Source: a virus
IMG/VR virus record: IMGVR_UViG_3300031957_002603
Location: 1-64,000 of that record
Length of the DNA stretch: 64,000 nt
Direction: 5' to 3' (one strand)
Of the stretch, positions 54,815 through 64,000 are shown piece after piece. The translations under genes and the position numbers were made by a program. The notes below the pieces were generated by a model, which did no database searches, was not told the DNA's origin, and saw only the letters and a list, made by a program, of their open reading frames with translations. How positions within the stretch are numbered: the stretch's first letter is position 1; each line of letters starts with the position of its first letter.

Positions 54815-55928
54815 TTATTTTGTAAAGTTTTTTGATGCAATTCAGGATAGAATCGCAAGGCATGAACTTGAAGAAGAGATTAAGTTAGAGAAGTTATTCG
54901 GAAGAAATAAACTTGCTGGGAAAACAACATTCGAAGGTATTGTAATGAATGACCCAGCCGGAACATCCGGTGAGACGACTAATGGATCTACCGTTAATCG
55001 TTTTGTTGCAGTTAAGGTTTACATCAAAGATCTTGACGATCACATGTTTGACTTTGATCTTTTAAACAAAGTAACCGACGAGCAACAAAAAATAAACTTG
55101 CTGAATAATTTGATTGGTGGGTGCTACACTGCATATCCCGATTCTGCTTTATATTCTTCCGAACCGGACCCCAAGTTCCAAGCAGGATGCACGGTCGAAC
55201 TAAAGTTTGCAGATCAGGGCCCGCAAACAGCAGACCATGGTAGAATGCGAGGCTTAAGATATACAAAGGTCACCAGATTATCTGACAGTAGGTATTCTAA
55301 TTTTGCAAAATACTTTACAGGACAGGTCTCAAATTTGTTTGAAAACCAATCGATATCTCAAAATGGTGATTTTGAAGATAGAAGCACGAGTGCAATTACA
55401 GATTTGTCAGCACCAGCACAGACAATAATTAATGAATTTATATCAGAATTTAAAAAAAGACAATCAATCGATCTCGTTACAACCAGTACTTTAAGAACAT
55501 ACGGAGCGCAGGTTAGAATTGAACATACAAACGTGCAGAAAAACGGCGGCCAAGATTGGTATAGAAAAACTTATGGAACCAACAAAACAAGAACTGAAAT
55601 GCTAAATAATTATGTAACATACCCAAACGATATTCCGGGTAATATTGAGAGGAATGTACCTAAATTAAAATCTTCCGGTCTTGGAAGCGCCCACCTTAAA
55701 GGATTAGGTATTGATTTTAAAACCAGCAAATTAACTTATGATCAGGGAGTGGCGTTAGAAAATTTAGCCTTGGAATTTAAGAACGCTGGAAAATTCTCTA
55801 ACTTTGAGTGGGAACTGTTGAGCACAAAATATAGCAGCAACAGAGAAGCGAGAAAAACAAAAGGAACCACGTTTTCTGGTGAACATTTCCATATTTCAAT
55901 CAACGCTAAAGCAATAGGACAATACTAA
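54807..55928 (+). CDS. Putative tail/baseplate-associated protein with C-terminal M15-like peptidoglycan peptidase
   Basis: TSTLRT...Q, SAHLKGLGID, EHFHI zinc-ligand pattern. Confidence 0.6.
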   Translation: MSNYFVKFFDAIQDRIARHELEEEIKLEKLFGRNKLAGKTTFEGIVMNDPAGTSGETTNGSTVNRFVAVKVYIKDLDDHMFDFDLLNKVTDEQQKINLLNNLIGGCYTAYPDSALYSSEPDPKFQAGCTVELKFADQGPQTADHGRMRGLRYTKVTRLSDSRYSNFAKYFTGQVSNLFENQSISQNGDFEDRSTSAITDLSAPAQTIINEFISEFKKRQSIDLVTTSTLRTYGAQVRIEHTNVQKNGGQDWYRKTYGTNKTRTEMLNNYVTYPNDIPGNIERNVPKLKSSGLGSAHLKGLGIDFKTSKLTYDQGVALENLALEFKNAGKFSNFEWELLSTKYSSNREARKTKGTTFSGEHFHISINAKAIGQY

Positions 55929-56884
55929 TGTCAGGAGATCTTAAATCACAAAAGAAACCAATTGATGTTCAATGCCTTTCCTTTACGGATCAAGGCATTA
56001 AAGAAATAATCAGTTCGGGAGAGTTTACTGGACCATTCCACACACCGCTTGCCGAATGTGTTCCAATCTATGAGTCGGCCCCATGTGAAACAGTGATCGC
56101 CGGAGATAACAATGCTTTTGTTATTCTCGGTCGGGACAGACCATATTCGCTAGGTTCTGGTAAAGGTGCATTCGGCGGTAAGTGCGGAAGAATTCATATG
56201 ATTGCAGGTCTTGCCGCTGCGTATGAGAACGCATCTGACGGTCTCGAGACAGGACCGAATTTAATCACAGATGCAGCAACGCTCTACATTACGCAAAGAG
56301 GAAACATTGATGCATACTTTGGATTGCCACCGGGCAAGAATAGAAGCGCTGATGATCGTTCCGCAATCGCTTTGAAAGCAGATCACACAAGAATTATTGC
56401 AAGAGAATCGGTTAAAATTTATGCTGGACCAACGAAAACAAGTTCAATCAAAAAAGAAACCAACTCTGCCACAGGCGAACTTGATATGAGAGGCCGCATT
56501 GATCTCATTGCAGGAGACGAAAACAATCTTCAACCAGCGGTGCTTGGAAATCATCTAGCAGAATATCTCTCTGAGTTAACCACACTCATACAACAAATCT
56601 GCACCGCAGTTGAAGATCTCAATAAAAGAACAAACAGAATTAACAATGCTCTTGCAATTCATAGACATGATCCCCAACCTTTACGTGGAATTACATCTGG
56701 GCCGAAATTTCTTTTAGACACTGCTTTAAAAGTTGATTTGTTAAAAGGCAAAAAGGCAAAATGGAATCACACTTGGACCAATTTAAATCTTACGTTGGCC
56801 GAATTTAATGCATTTGATTTCAATGATTTACTACCAGTTAAGGGCGCTAGAAATTTCCTTTCGGATAATATATACATAACATGA
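55928..56884 (+). CDS. Putative baseplate/spike-like structural protein
   Basis: GDNNAFVILGRDRP, KADHTRIIARESVKI, QPAVLG; position among late genes. Confidence 0.45.
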   Translation: MSGDLKSQKKPIDVQCLSFTDQGIKEIISSGEFTGPFHTPLAECVPIYESAPCETVIAGDNNAFVILGRDRPYSLGSGKGAFGGKCGRIHMIAGLAAAYENASDGLETGPNLITDAATLYITQRGNIDAYFGLPPGKNRSADDRSAIALKADHTRIIARESVKIYAGPTKTSSIKKETNSATGELDMRGRIDLIAGDENNLQPAVLGNHLAEYLSELTTLIQQICTAVEDLNKRTNRINNALAIHRHDPQPLRGITSGPKFLLDTALKVDLLKGKKAKWNHTWTNLNLTLAEFNAFDFNDLLPVKGARNFLSDNIYIT

Positions 56885-59800
56885 CAACACTTAATGAATC
56901 AAAGTTTTTAAACAAACAAAAAGACGTTTGTGAGGATACCGTTGCGGAGAGACCACCTCCGAAGATATGCCCTACTTGCATACCGAATCCCGATGCTATT
57001 GTTCCTACTTGGTATGAAGCCGAGGAACCATTTCTTGACGAACAACGGTGCGAGTATGTTGTTAGAGTCAATGTAAATGACAACGGCGATAGTTACGATG
57101 TATCTCAAATGAGAGAATCGGGCAAATCTCTTCGTGAGGTTTTGAATTCTTATAAGATTGCAGGAATCTATCAATTATTGCGATTTTTTGAAAAAGAAAT
57201 ATCAAACCAAGTAATCTTCGCCTTTGCCGATGATCCTCAAAAACTTAAGAGATTATTAAGAAGAAATAGAGCAAATACAGAACAATTAATCGAGAAGGTG
57301 ACTCAAAGTGTCACTGACGGTGTTTTTGATATTTATTCATTAAGCGAAGGACTTATTGAAGCATATGGGCTAAACGCTGAAGGCTTCAACCCCGAAGCCC
57401 TTGAACTTTATGCTCGTGCCGATGACTATTGGGTTTCTTTGTATCAAACGCCAAAAGGCGGAGAACCAATCTGGGTCAAAGTTGTAATTCCAGCGTTTAT
57501 CTTTGACAGAGTCGCAGAAGGCCTTGCTGGAGACGAAGAAGAATCTGACACATCTGGTGAGAGAGAAGTTATTATTGACGGTACCAAGTTTAAAGGCAAG
57601 ATACGAAGATTAAAGCACGTTCTTGGAGTTTATAGTAAGTATCAAGCATATTGGTGGCAATCCGAGAAAGGAAAATTGGCTTTTCAAAATGATCCAATCA
57701 AGGGGTCTTATAAGAACTCATTCTATTGTAAGATCTATATTGATAAAATTAATGATATTGCTGACGAAATTGAGTCACTAATTGAGTCGCAAACTGATTT
57801 CAAATTGAGAAATCGTAGAACCAACCGCGCTGTTGACAAAATTAAAATAACATTTAAGCAGAGAGGCAATAACCCTTATTATATAAAGAAACTTGAGGTC
57901 ATGGGCTTTAGTTGCCCCGAGTATGAAAGGATAAATTTAAATTCTCTCAAAGCAAACAAGAGAAAATACAAAGCACCGTTTAATAATGAAACTGCGTTGG
58001 GATATATAGCCAATCTAAATCCTATCGACAGTGATCTTAATGCAAGAGAGACGCCTCCTTGGCTTGACTTCTTGGTTAAATACACATATCCAAAACTAAC
58101 TCTTGACTATGGAAATGCTTCACCAGAAACAAGCGTGACCGATGGCACCACTTCTATACTTGGCTGTATTGTTGATAATAACGGCGGGACAGAAGGGCTT
58201 CGTGATTTTTTCTTCGATCAGGTTATTTCAACCTTTGAAGCAATTGAATATAAATGGAACCAGAATGCATGTAAGGTTTTAGCCGGCGCTGCAAATGCTG
58301 CAAGGGCTGCTGGTGATGCAGCGAGATCTGGCTTGTCAGACGAACAAGCAGAGTTCCAACAAGATCAGATCCTTGGAGAACTTCAAGAAGACTTAGACAA
58401 AACAAGTAGTGGCGGCGCTTTCATGTTTGCCGAGGCTGCTATTGAAAGAGGAATTGATGATCTTGAAGAAGAGTTATATAAATTTGAAAAAGAAATAGAG
58501 TTACAAGAAAAAATTGATTTCTGGGTAACTCAAAGAGATAAGGCTGGTGAAGAACTTAATGAAATTGTTGGTTTTTGGACTTTTTTCTTTGAACAAAATA
58601 ATTGGAGACCAACAGATTTTATCATTGGATTAGCAGAACAACAAGCAGCAGAACAGGCCGCAATAGATGCAGATATTGCCGAACAAGAGGCCCAAGCCGC
58701 CGCCGTTGAAGCCGAGCGACTACAAGACCAATACGAAGTTGACGCTTTTGCAGCAGATGTTTTTGGTGGACCGATCCCAACAAAACCAGATTCCGAAATT
58801 GTAGATTTATCTTTTGAGGCCATGAACCTCCCAGAAGACCTAGGAAGTTCATCATTATTGGACGAAGGCACCGGTGCCTTAAGTGAATTAAATATACCAG
58901 AAAGCGTAACTAATGCTGTTGAGAATTTTTTAAGCGGTGACCTAGAACAAAAAATACAATATGCTTTAACTATTGTTTCGCAAGGGAATTCCATTGCAGC
59001 CACCGCTTTCCCTGATACCGGTAAGGCTGATTCGCTACAGAGAAATAAGACATTCTCAATTGAAAATATAGATAAACTCAATAAAGAACTTCAAGAACTT
59101 CAAGAAAGTACGGCTAGGTCTCGAGCACGTGAAGAAAGAAAAGCCGAGAACGAACAAAGAAGAAATAATAAAGACGAAGCAAGATTCAAAAGAAAAGAAA
59201 CAAAACAGGTCAACAAAGAAGCGGATGGCATCCTATCCGGAAGAAAAGCACGAAAGCAAAATCGAGAACAAAGACGAAAAGACAATAAATTTTATAGAGC
59301 AGATGCTAGAGCGGCTAGAACAGAACGACGTCAATCTCGAGGCGCTGAAAGAGGAGAGAACCCCTTCATTGCATACGGTCGAGAAGCAGCACTTAAGGGT
59401 TTCGATTTTGAGAATTCACTTATCTCTTTGTTCTTAAATGAAGAAGAATTTTCAAACTATGGCTTGTCTGGTTTTAATTTATCAAGAATTGGCGGAAAAA
59501 GAAAGAAAGGCGAAGGCGCAAAACAGCGATTAAAGAACTTTTTCGACAACTTTGGTATTTGTGGTTTCAATAAATTGCTCGAAAAAGCAATCAAATGTTT
59601 ATTGTCCGGAATGGATTTAAGGACCGCTCTTAATCAAATCGTTCGTGCCGCAATATCAAATATGTCTCCAGCCGCAATGGAAAAACTCCTTGTTGGTCTT
59701 GATCCAAGAAAGCAAGCCGAGATTCGAGAATATGTCGCTCAACAATTTCAAGACATGCCGGCGCCATGGGAAAGAGATTACCAACCCGGTCGTGTAACAA

Positions 59801-62800
59801 CCGATCAACAAATGGATGCAAAGCAATTGTCGTCTGTGTCTGATAATATTTCTTCAAATGCTGGTAATATTGAAAAATATAAAACACAAGTATCGGCACT
59901 TGATGATTTTGTTTCTGCTTTAAGAGAGTTCCTTGGCGAAATAGAACAACAAGCAAGTTCAACTCAATTGCCAACCGGAATTACATTAAGAGTAGGAGAT
60001 GCTGGTAATAATGTGAAAATATTACAACAACTCCTAATAGCAGAATTCGGACCACCAATACCGAATGAACCCGGTTTAGATCCTCGTTTTTCTGTTGATG
60101 GAAGTTTTGGACCAGTCACCGAATTAGCCGTTGAATATTATCAGACGACAAAAGGTTTAACCGTAGATGGAATAGTTGGGCCTCAAACTATTAATTCATT
60201 AAATGGTCCGAGAAAGCCGGCAACACTTAGTCCCGAGAATATAGATCAAATCTCAATTCAGTTTTCTGCTAATGATGATATCAAACAGTTTTTGGTTTCT
60301 TCGCTGACAGGCAAGACACCAGAGCAAGCACCAACGGTTGCAAATCAAATTAAAGATGATTTGAATAAAAAAATAGAAGAACTTGAGACGAAAGGCAAAG
60401 AACTTCAAGGATCATTGACATCAGAGCAACTTCAGCAATGGCAGAACATGACAGACGAAGAGCGACAGCAGATGATTAATGATGCTCGCATCGAAGCAGG
60501 TATTGTTGTTGATGTCTCTAATCCGGAGCAAGTTCGCCAAGGTTCTATTGGGAAAGCACTTGGAAATGTCCAAGGAGCGATATTTGATGCATATGTTGAG
60601 GCGTTTATGTCTCTAGTTGGAATCGAGGATCTATTCGCTGCCTTGGATAAGATTCCCGGTGCCAAATTGATTGGAAGAATTATTGCATCTTTTGATTGTC
60701 CAAATGTTCATTTTATTTATCCTCCGGTTAGATCATTCTTAAGCACTCTAACTTTTAAACAATGTTTGGACGGAGGTCGCCTTGCATTCCCCAAACTTCC
60801 GAGATTGCCAAATATTAGAAGCCTAGCAGGAATTATATTTAGAAAATTGGTAGATATATTAGTAGATGCTGTCGCAGATTTAATAACTAGAGTGATTACA
60901 GCATTATTATTGAAAGTGTTACTAACAATTGAAAATGCTTTATGTAAAGCACTTGAGGCCGTTGGTAGGTTCGCTGCGGAAGCCGTCAAAGGTCCAGACG
61001 CCAACTTTGGTGGCATGATGCGTGATTTATTTTGTGATGACGGTACAAGTGATTCTGATGTCGACGATTTAACATCAAGTTTATTAACCGATGCCGGAAT
61101 CACAAACACCGATTTGCAGAACTTGGCAAAGAATGCAACGGCAAGTGATCTAAAGAACAAACATAAAGAGATAACAGAAACGATTGCAAGAATTTCTTCT
61201 AGAAGAGAATTGGAACAACTTTTGGTTGCTAATGACGGAGAGCAAGATATAAATACATTAAAAAGAATATCTTCAACAATCTCGCTTAAATTCCCAGAGT
61301 TTGCAATATTTTTTGATGATCCGAGCAAAGTCGCTGCTATATTTAGCAACATTGGTAATAGATTGAGCCCTGAACAACGTGCTAACGTTAGAGATGGACT
61401 GACAAGGCCCGGAGTCAATGTACCAGTTGATGCCTCTGTTTGTTTGACATCAGATCAAATGGACGAATGGAATGACAAAAGAAAAACAATTTTAACCAAT
61501 GCAGGAATGAACCCAGTCGAAGCAGAGGATTATGTAGCGAAACTTAACGATCGTGCCGCTGGTGACTTGCTTGATTTAGCGGATGCACTTGCTAAAGGAC
61601 CAGAACAAGTGCTTGGCGATGCTATTGATAATGCTTTTGGTCCCGGATTTGGTGGCCAAAATCCAAACGATAAAGGTCGTTTGAACGATCCATTTTGCCC
61701 TCCAACCAACGCCTCTTCAATTGTGGCTTTAGATACTGAAGAGTCATTACAAGAAGCAGCAGAACTCGCTGAGGGCACATTTAGATCTTTATCTTTTGCA
61801 TTTTCCAATGATATGATTGGAAAAAGAGACTCATTCTTGGACAATATTCTTGCTGATACATGTAACCTTCCTCTGAAGAGACACGAACAGAGAGCAAACA
61901 ATTTTGTTTTCCAAATCGACTGGGCTAACTCGCAAGAAGATTGGGATGCTAAAAAAGAAAGATTCTCAACAACCAAACTTGGTGAAATATACTTTGAAGC
62001 CCTTTCAAGCGAAGAGCCCATAGGCGTATTTCCAGAGACAGTAGGTATTCTAACAAAAGAAAAGTTGGATGCAAATGATTTTGCAATTAATTTCAAAACA
62101 ACAGAGAAAGTTCGTCCTCAAACAAAAACAAAAACAATAGAGAAAGTAGGCTCATTAAAAAACGTTAATGTTAAGATACGCAGAACATATAGAAAAGAAC
62201 CAGACCTTGTTCTTGATTTCTTCAATGACAAAAATGAGGGCTGTCGATTTGAATATGAACTAATGTTTACAAATTATGAAGATGGAGAAATCAAAATCAA
62301 AAAAGAGTTAGGTTATCGAACATTCATATATTACTATGGAAATGAGTATGAAAAATCATTTTTTGGCAAGGAAGATGAAGATAAAGAGATACCATATGAC
62401 AGATTAGAATATAAAGTTGTTAATACAGTTGGCATCTCGGGTACTGGCTCCGCTTTGGTTGAACAACATGGCTCAATTTCAGAAAAAAACTTACAAGAAC
62501 TTAAAGTCCCATATCAAGGAGTTCTATTCTCAAATTATATTAGTTCTATCCTTTCTGCGTCCGGACACTCCGCTCTCCCGGTTAAACAAATAGCGAAGGA
62601 CTCATATAAAAATTATATGGAGTACCTCTATAAAGGTGTCCTTAAAGGCTTGAATCAAAAGTTAGATGGAACCCAACCGGAAGGCTATGACTTCGGGTAT
62701 GTGGCAAATGACCTGACACCAGATGATGTGTTGTATGTAAACCCTGAAGCAACATCTGACGAAAGCACATGGGAATATACATATGACGAAGAAGAAATGG

Positions 62801-64000
62801 TCCTAGGTAAGTCAGCCACGAATAATGAAAGAGTCCACTTCTTGGATCCTGCAATCTATGGCGGCAGTTATAACAACCCACCATTTTATATTGAGCCGCA
62901 GAAATTCAAAGGCTGGCTTGGAATTGCATCAGCGCTTGTTCCGGAGTTTGATGGGTGCAAACCTAGACGCACTGACTTTATTGGTTTGAAAGAATTAGCC
63001 GATAATGTTACAAAACTCGAACAAGCAATTCCGCCTGATTCAAGATTAAGCGAGGACCCTGATTGTATCAATCACACACCATTTGATAAAATATCAGATC
63101 CTTCAACACTTGCTTATTTGGATACTACAATTGCAGCAACAATTCGAATATATGCAGCGGAAGCAATGGTAAAATCAATGCCTGTACTGTCTCACATGAG
63201 ATATTCTGAAGATAATTATGACACTGGCTTTGCTTCTGTAATTGTTGAAAAGATGGAGCAAGGATTATCTGAAACAGATGCACTTATTCCCATATTCGGA
63301 GGAAGAGTTCAATTTTATAATTATTGGCTTCTTTTCCTAGAGTGTGCAGTTATGGCATTGGTCCGTAAGGTCAATATGGGCGAAATTGAATCCAATTCAG
63401 AAATTGATGAAGCAAGATCAATTATTGATAAAGCACAACGCCGCCACCTGTATCCAAACAGGGATGTTCTCAGAGTGATCAAGGGCTATGGCTCTTCTAT
63501 TGAAAGAATTAAGACCATCAATCCTGCTAAAATTGACGAAGATTATAAGAATCAACCAAGAGTACGACAAATTCTGAAAGGATGCTATATTGCAGGATAT
63601 CCGGGACTTGCTCAGAAAGGTAGATTGATCGATCAGACAATTGATTTTGATCCGCTTTTTCTCTCGTTAAACGGTGCCCGCTTTGCATCACACATAAACA
63701 CGATTTATGATGTGAGAAGGGAATGTAAAATTCTTTTAAAGTATCTCGTTAGCCACGAGATAAGTCAAATGATGTCAAATTTAAATGAAAGATTTGACGG
63801 AAGTCAATATATCTACGATTTTTATCGATATACCTTGGCGTTACCAGACGTTTACGCTAAAACTGGACTGAAATCAGGCCTCACAGAGACTGAAGCACCA
63901 ATTACAGATGGCGAAATATCATATGGATCAGTCCCAGATGTTGGTGATGTTAGTTCTGTTGACCTCACAGCAGCCGGTGGCTTCGGTTTTTACATTGAAA
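56881..64000 (+). CDS. Giant (>2370 aa) putative structural protein with an internal peptidoglycan-binding domain; runs off the window
   Basis: ATG 56881 overlapping upstream TGA; no stop seen in frame +1 on spot-checking; LRVGDAGNNVKILQQLL...DGSFGPVTELAVEYYQTTKGLTVDGIVGPQT at ~59983-60204. Confidence 0.8.
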   Translation, partial: MTTLNESKFLNKQKDVCEDTVAERPPPKICPTCIPNPDAIVPTWYEAEEPFLDEQRCEYVVRVNVNDNGDSYDVSQMRESGKSLREVLNSYKIAGIYQLLRFFEKEISNQVIFAFADDPQKLKRLLRRNRANTEQLIEKVTQSVTDGVFDIYSLSEGLIEAYGLNAEGFNPEALELYARADDYWVSLYQTPKGGEPIWVKVVIPAFIFDRVAEGLAGDEEESDTSGEREVIIDGTKFKGKIRRLKHVLGVYSKYQAYWWQSEKGKLAFQNDPIKGSYKNSFYCKIYIDKINDIADEIESLIESQTDFKLRNRRTNRAVDKIKITFKQRGNNPYYIKKLEVMGFSCPEYERINLNSLKANKRKYKAPFNNETALGYIANLNPIDSDLNARETPPWLDFLVKYTYPKLTLDYGNASPETSVTDGTTSILGCIVDNNGGTEGLRDFFFDQVISTFEAIEYKWNQNACKVLAGAANAARAAGDAARSGLSDEQAEFQQDQILGELQEDLDKTSSGGAFMFAEAAIERGIDDLEEELYKFEKEIELQEKIDFWVTQRDKAGEELNEIVGFWTFFFEQNNWRPTDFIIGLAEQQAAEQAAIDADIAEQEAQAAAVEAERLQDQYEVDAFAADVFGGPIPTKPDSEIVDLSFEAMNLPEDLGSSSLLDEGTGALSELNIPESVTNAVENFLSGDLEQKIQYALTIVSQGNSIAATAFPDTGKADSLQRNKTFSIENIDKLNKELQELQESTARSRAREERKAENEQRRNNKDEARFKRKETKQVNKEADGILSGRKARKQNREQRRKDNKFYRADARAARTERRQSRGAERGENPFIAYGREAALKGFDFENSLISLFLNEEEFSNYGLSGFNLSRIGGKRKKGEGAKQRLKNFFDNFGICGFNKLLEKAIKCLLSGMDLRTALNQIVRAAISNMSPAAMEKLLVGLDPRKQAEIREYVAQQFQDMPAPWERDYQPGRVTTDQQMDAKQLSSVSDNISSNAGNIEKYKTQVSALDDFVSALREFLGEIEQQASSTQLPTGITLRVGDAGNNVKILQQLLIAEFGPPIPNEPGLDPRFSVDGSFGPVTELAVEYYQTTKGLTVDGIVGPQTINSLNGPRKPATLSPENIDQISIQFSANDDIKQFLVSSLTGKTPEQAPTVANQIKDDLNKKIEELETKGKELQGSLTSEQLQQWQNMTDEERQQMINDARIEAGIVVDVSNPEQVRQGSIGKALGNVQGAIFDAYVEAFMSLVGIEDLFAALDKIPGAKLIGRIIASFDCPNVHFIYPPVRSFLSTLTFKQCLDGGRLAFPKLPRLPNIRSLAGIIFRKLVDILVDAVADLITRVITALLLKVLLTIENALCKALEAVGRFAAEAVKGPDANFGGMMRDLFCDDGTSDSDVDDLTSSLLTDAGITNTDLQNLAKNATASDLKNKHKEITETIARISSRRELEQLLVANDGEQDINTLKRISSTISLKFPEFAIFFDDPSKVAAIFSNIGNRLSPEQRANVRDGLTRPGVNVPVDASVCLTSDQMDEWNDKRKTILTNAGMNPVEAEDYVAKLNDRAAGDLLDLADALAKGPEQVLGDAIDNAFGPGFGGQNPNDKGRLNDPFCPPTNASSIVALDTEESLQEAAELAEGTFRSLSFAFSNDMIGKRDSFLDNILADTCNLPLKRHEQRANNFVFQIDWANSQEDWDAKKERFSTTKLGEIYFEALSSEEPIGVFPETVGILTKEKLDANDFAINFKTTEKVRPQTKTKTIEKVGSLKNVNVKIRRTYRKEPDLVLDFFNDKNEGCRFEYELMFTNYEDGEIKIKKELGYRTFIYYYGNEYEKSFFGKEDEDKEIPYDRLEYKVVNTVGISGTGSALVEQHGSISEKNLQELKVPYQGVLFSNYISSILSASGHSALPVKQIAKDSYKNYMEYLYKGVLKGLNQKLDGTQPEGYDFGYVANDLTPDDVLYVNPEATSDESTWEYTYDEEEMVLGKSATNNERVHFLDPAIYGGSYNNPPFYIEPQKFKGWLGIASALVPEFDGCKPRRTDFIGLKELADNVTKLEQAIPPDSRLSEDPDCINHTPFDKISDPSTLAYLDTTIAATIRIYAAEAMVKSMPVLSHMRYSEDNYDTGFASVIVEKMEQGLSETDALIPIFGGRVQFYNYWLLFLECAVMALVRKVNMGEIESNSEIDEARSIIDKAQRRHLYPNRDVLRVIKGYGSSIERIKTINPAKIDEDYKNQPRVRQILKGCYIAGYPGLAQKGRLIDQTIDFDPLFLSLNGARFASHINTIYDVRRECKILLKYLVSHEISQMMSNLNERFDGSQYIYDFYRYTLALPDVYAKTGLKSGLTETEAPITDGEISYGSVPDVGDVSSVDLTAAGGFGFYIE

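Noticed and set aside
56847-63071. Minus-strand ORFs (e.g. 58530-59081, 60717-61418, 61530-62096) and + ORF 59129-59437
   Set aside because: Shadows of the giant frame +1 gene; no recognisable motifs
1-64000. Stop-codon reassignment
   Set aside because: TAA, TAG and TGA all end genes cleanly and recognisable enzymes are uninterrupted in code 11

Overview
The window is a 64 kb piece of a large (jumbo-type) tailed dsDNA phage genome; essentially all genes are on the + strand and use the standard code. It has four zones. (1) 1-~8000 is a visibly GC-richer early/host-takeover region. It is built from repeated sigma70 promoter cassettes (TTGACA-N17-TACATT, 9 copies) driving a peptidase-VWA protein, a MoxR-like AAA ATPase, an S1-domain protein, small membrane peptides and a Tudor-like protein, and it holds candidate structured RNAs. 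(2) ~8200-32900 holds putative virion-internal proteins sharing an 'I-I-K-E-E'-type leader and L/I-x-E junctions (kinase-like, nucleotidyltransferase fusion, HAD-Nudix, multi-module basic protein), plus UvsE, PMM, tRNA-Arg(UCU), HNH, PIN-PhoH and a Cas4/RecB-like nuclease. (3) 32937-52639 is a ~20 kb glycosyltransferase/nucleotide-sugar cluster with a ColD/ColC/GT11-like set and NadE. (4) 53000-64000 holds a gp55-like late sigma factor, an M15-like peptidase, a possible baseplate protein and a giant ORF (>2370 aa, runs off the window) with a peptidoglycan-binding domain. The most interesting signals are a promoter/terminator-bounded ~98 nt RNA displaying anti-Shine-Dalgarno motifs, a CTA(A/G/T)TTA late-promoter motif that sits exactly 4 nt before ATG at four genes, and an apparent protease-processed polyprotein cargo system. 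All product calls come from motif recognition by eye; no database searches were run.
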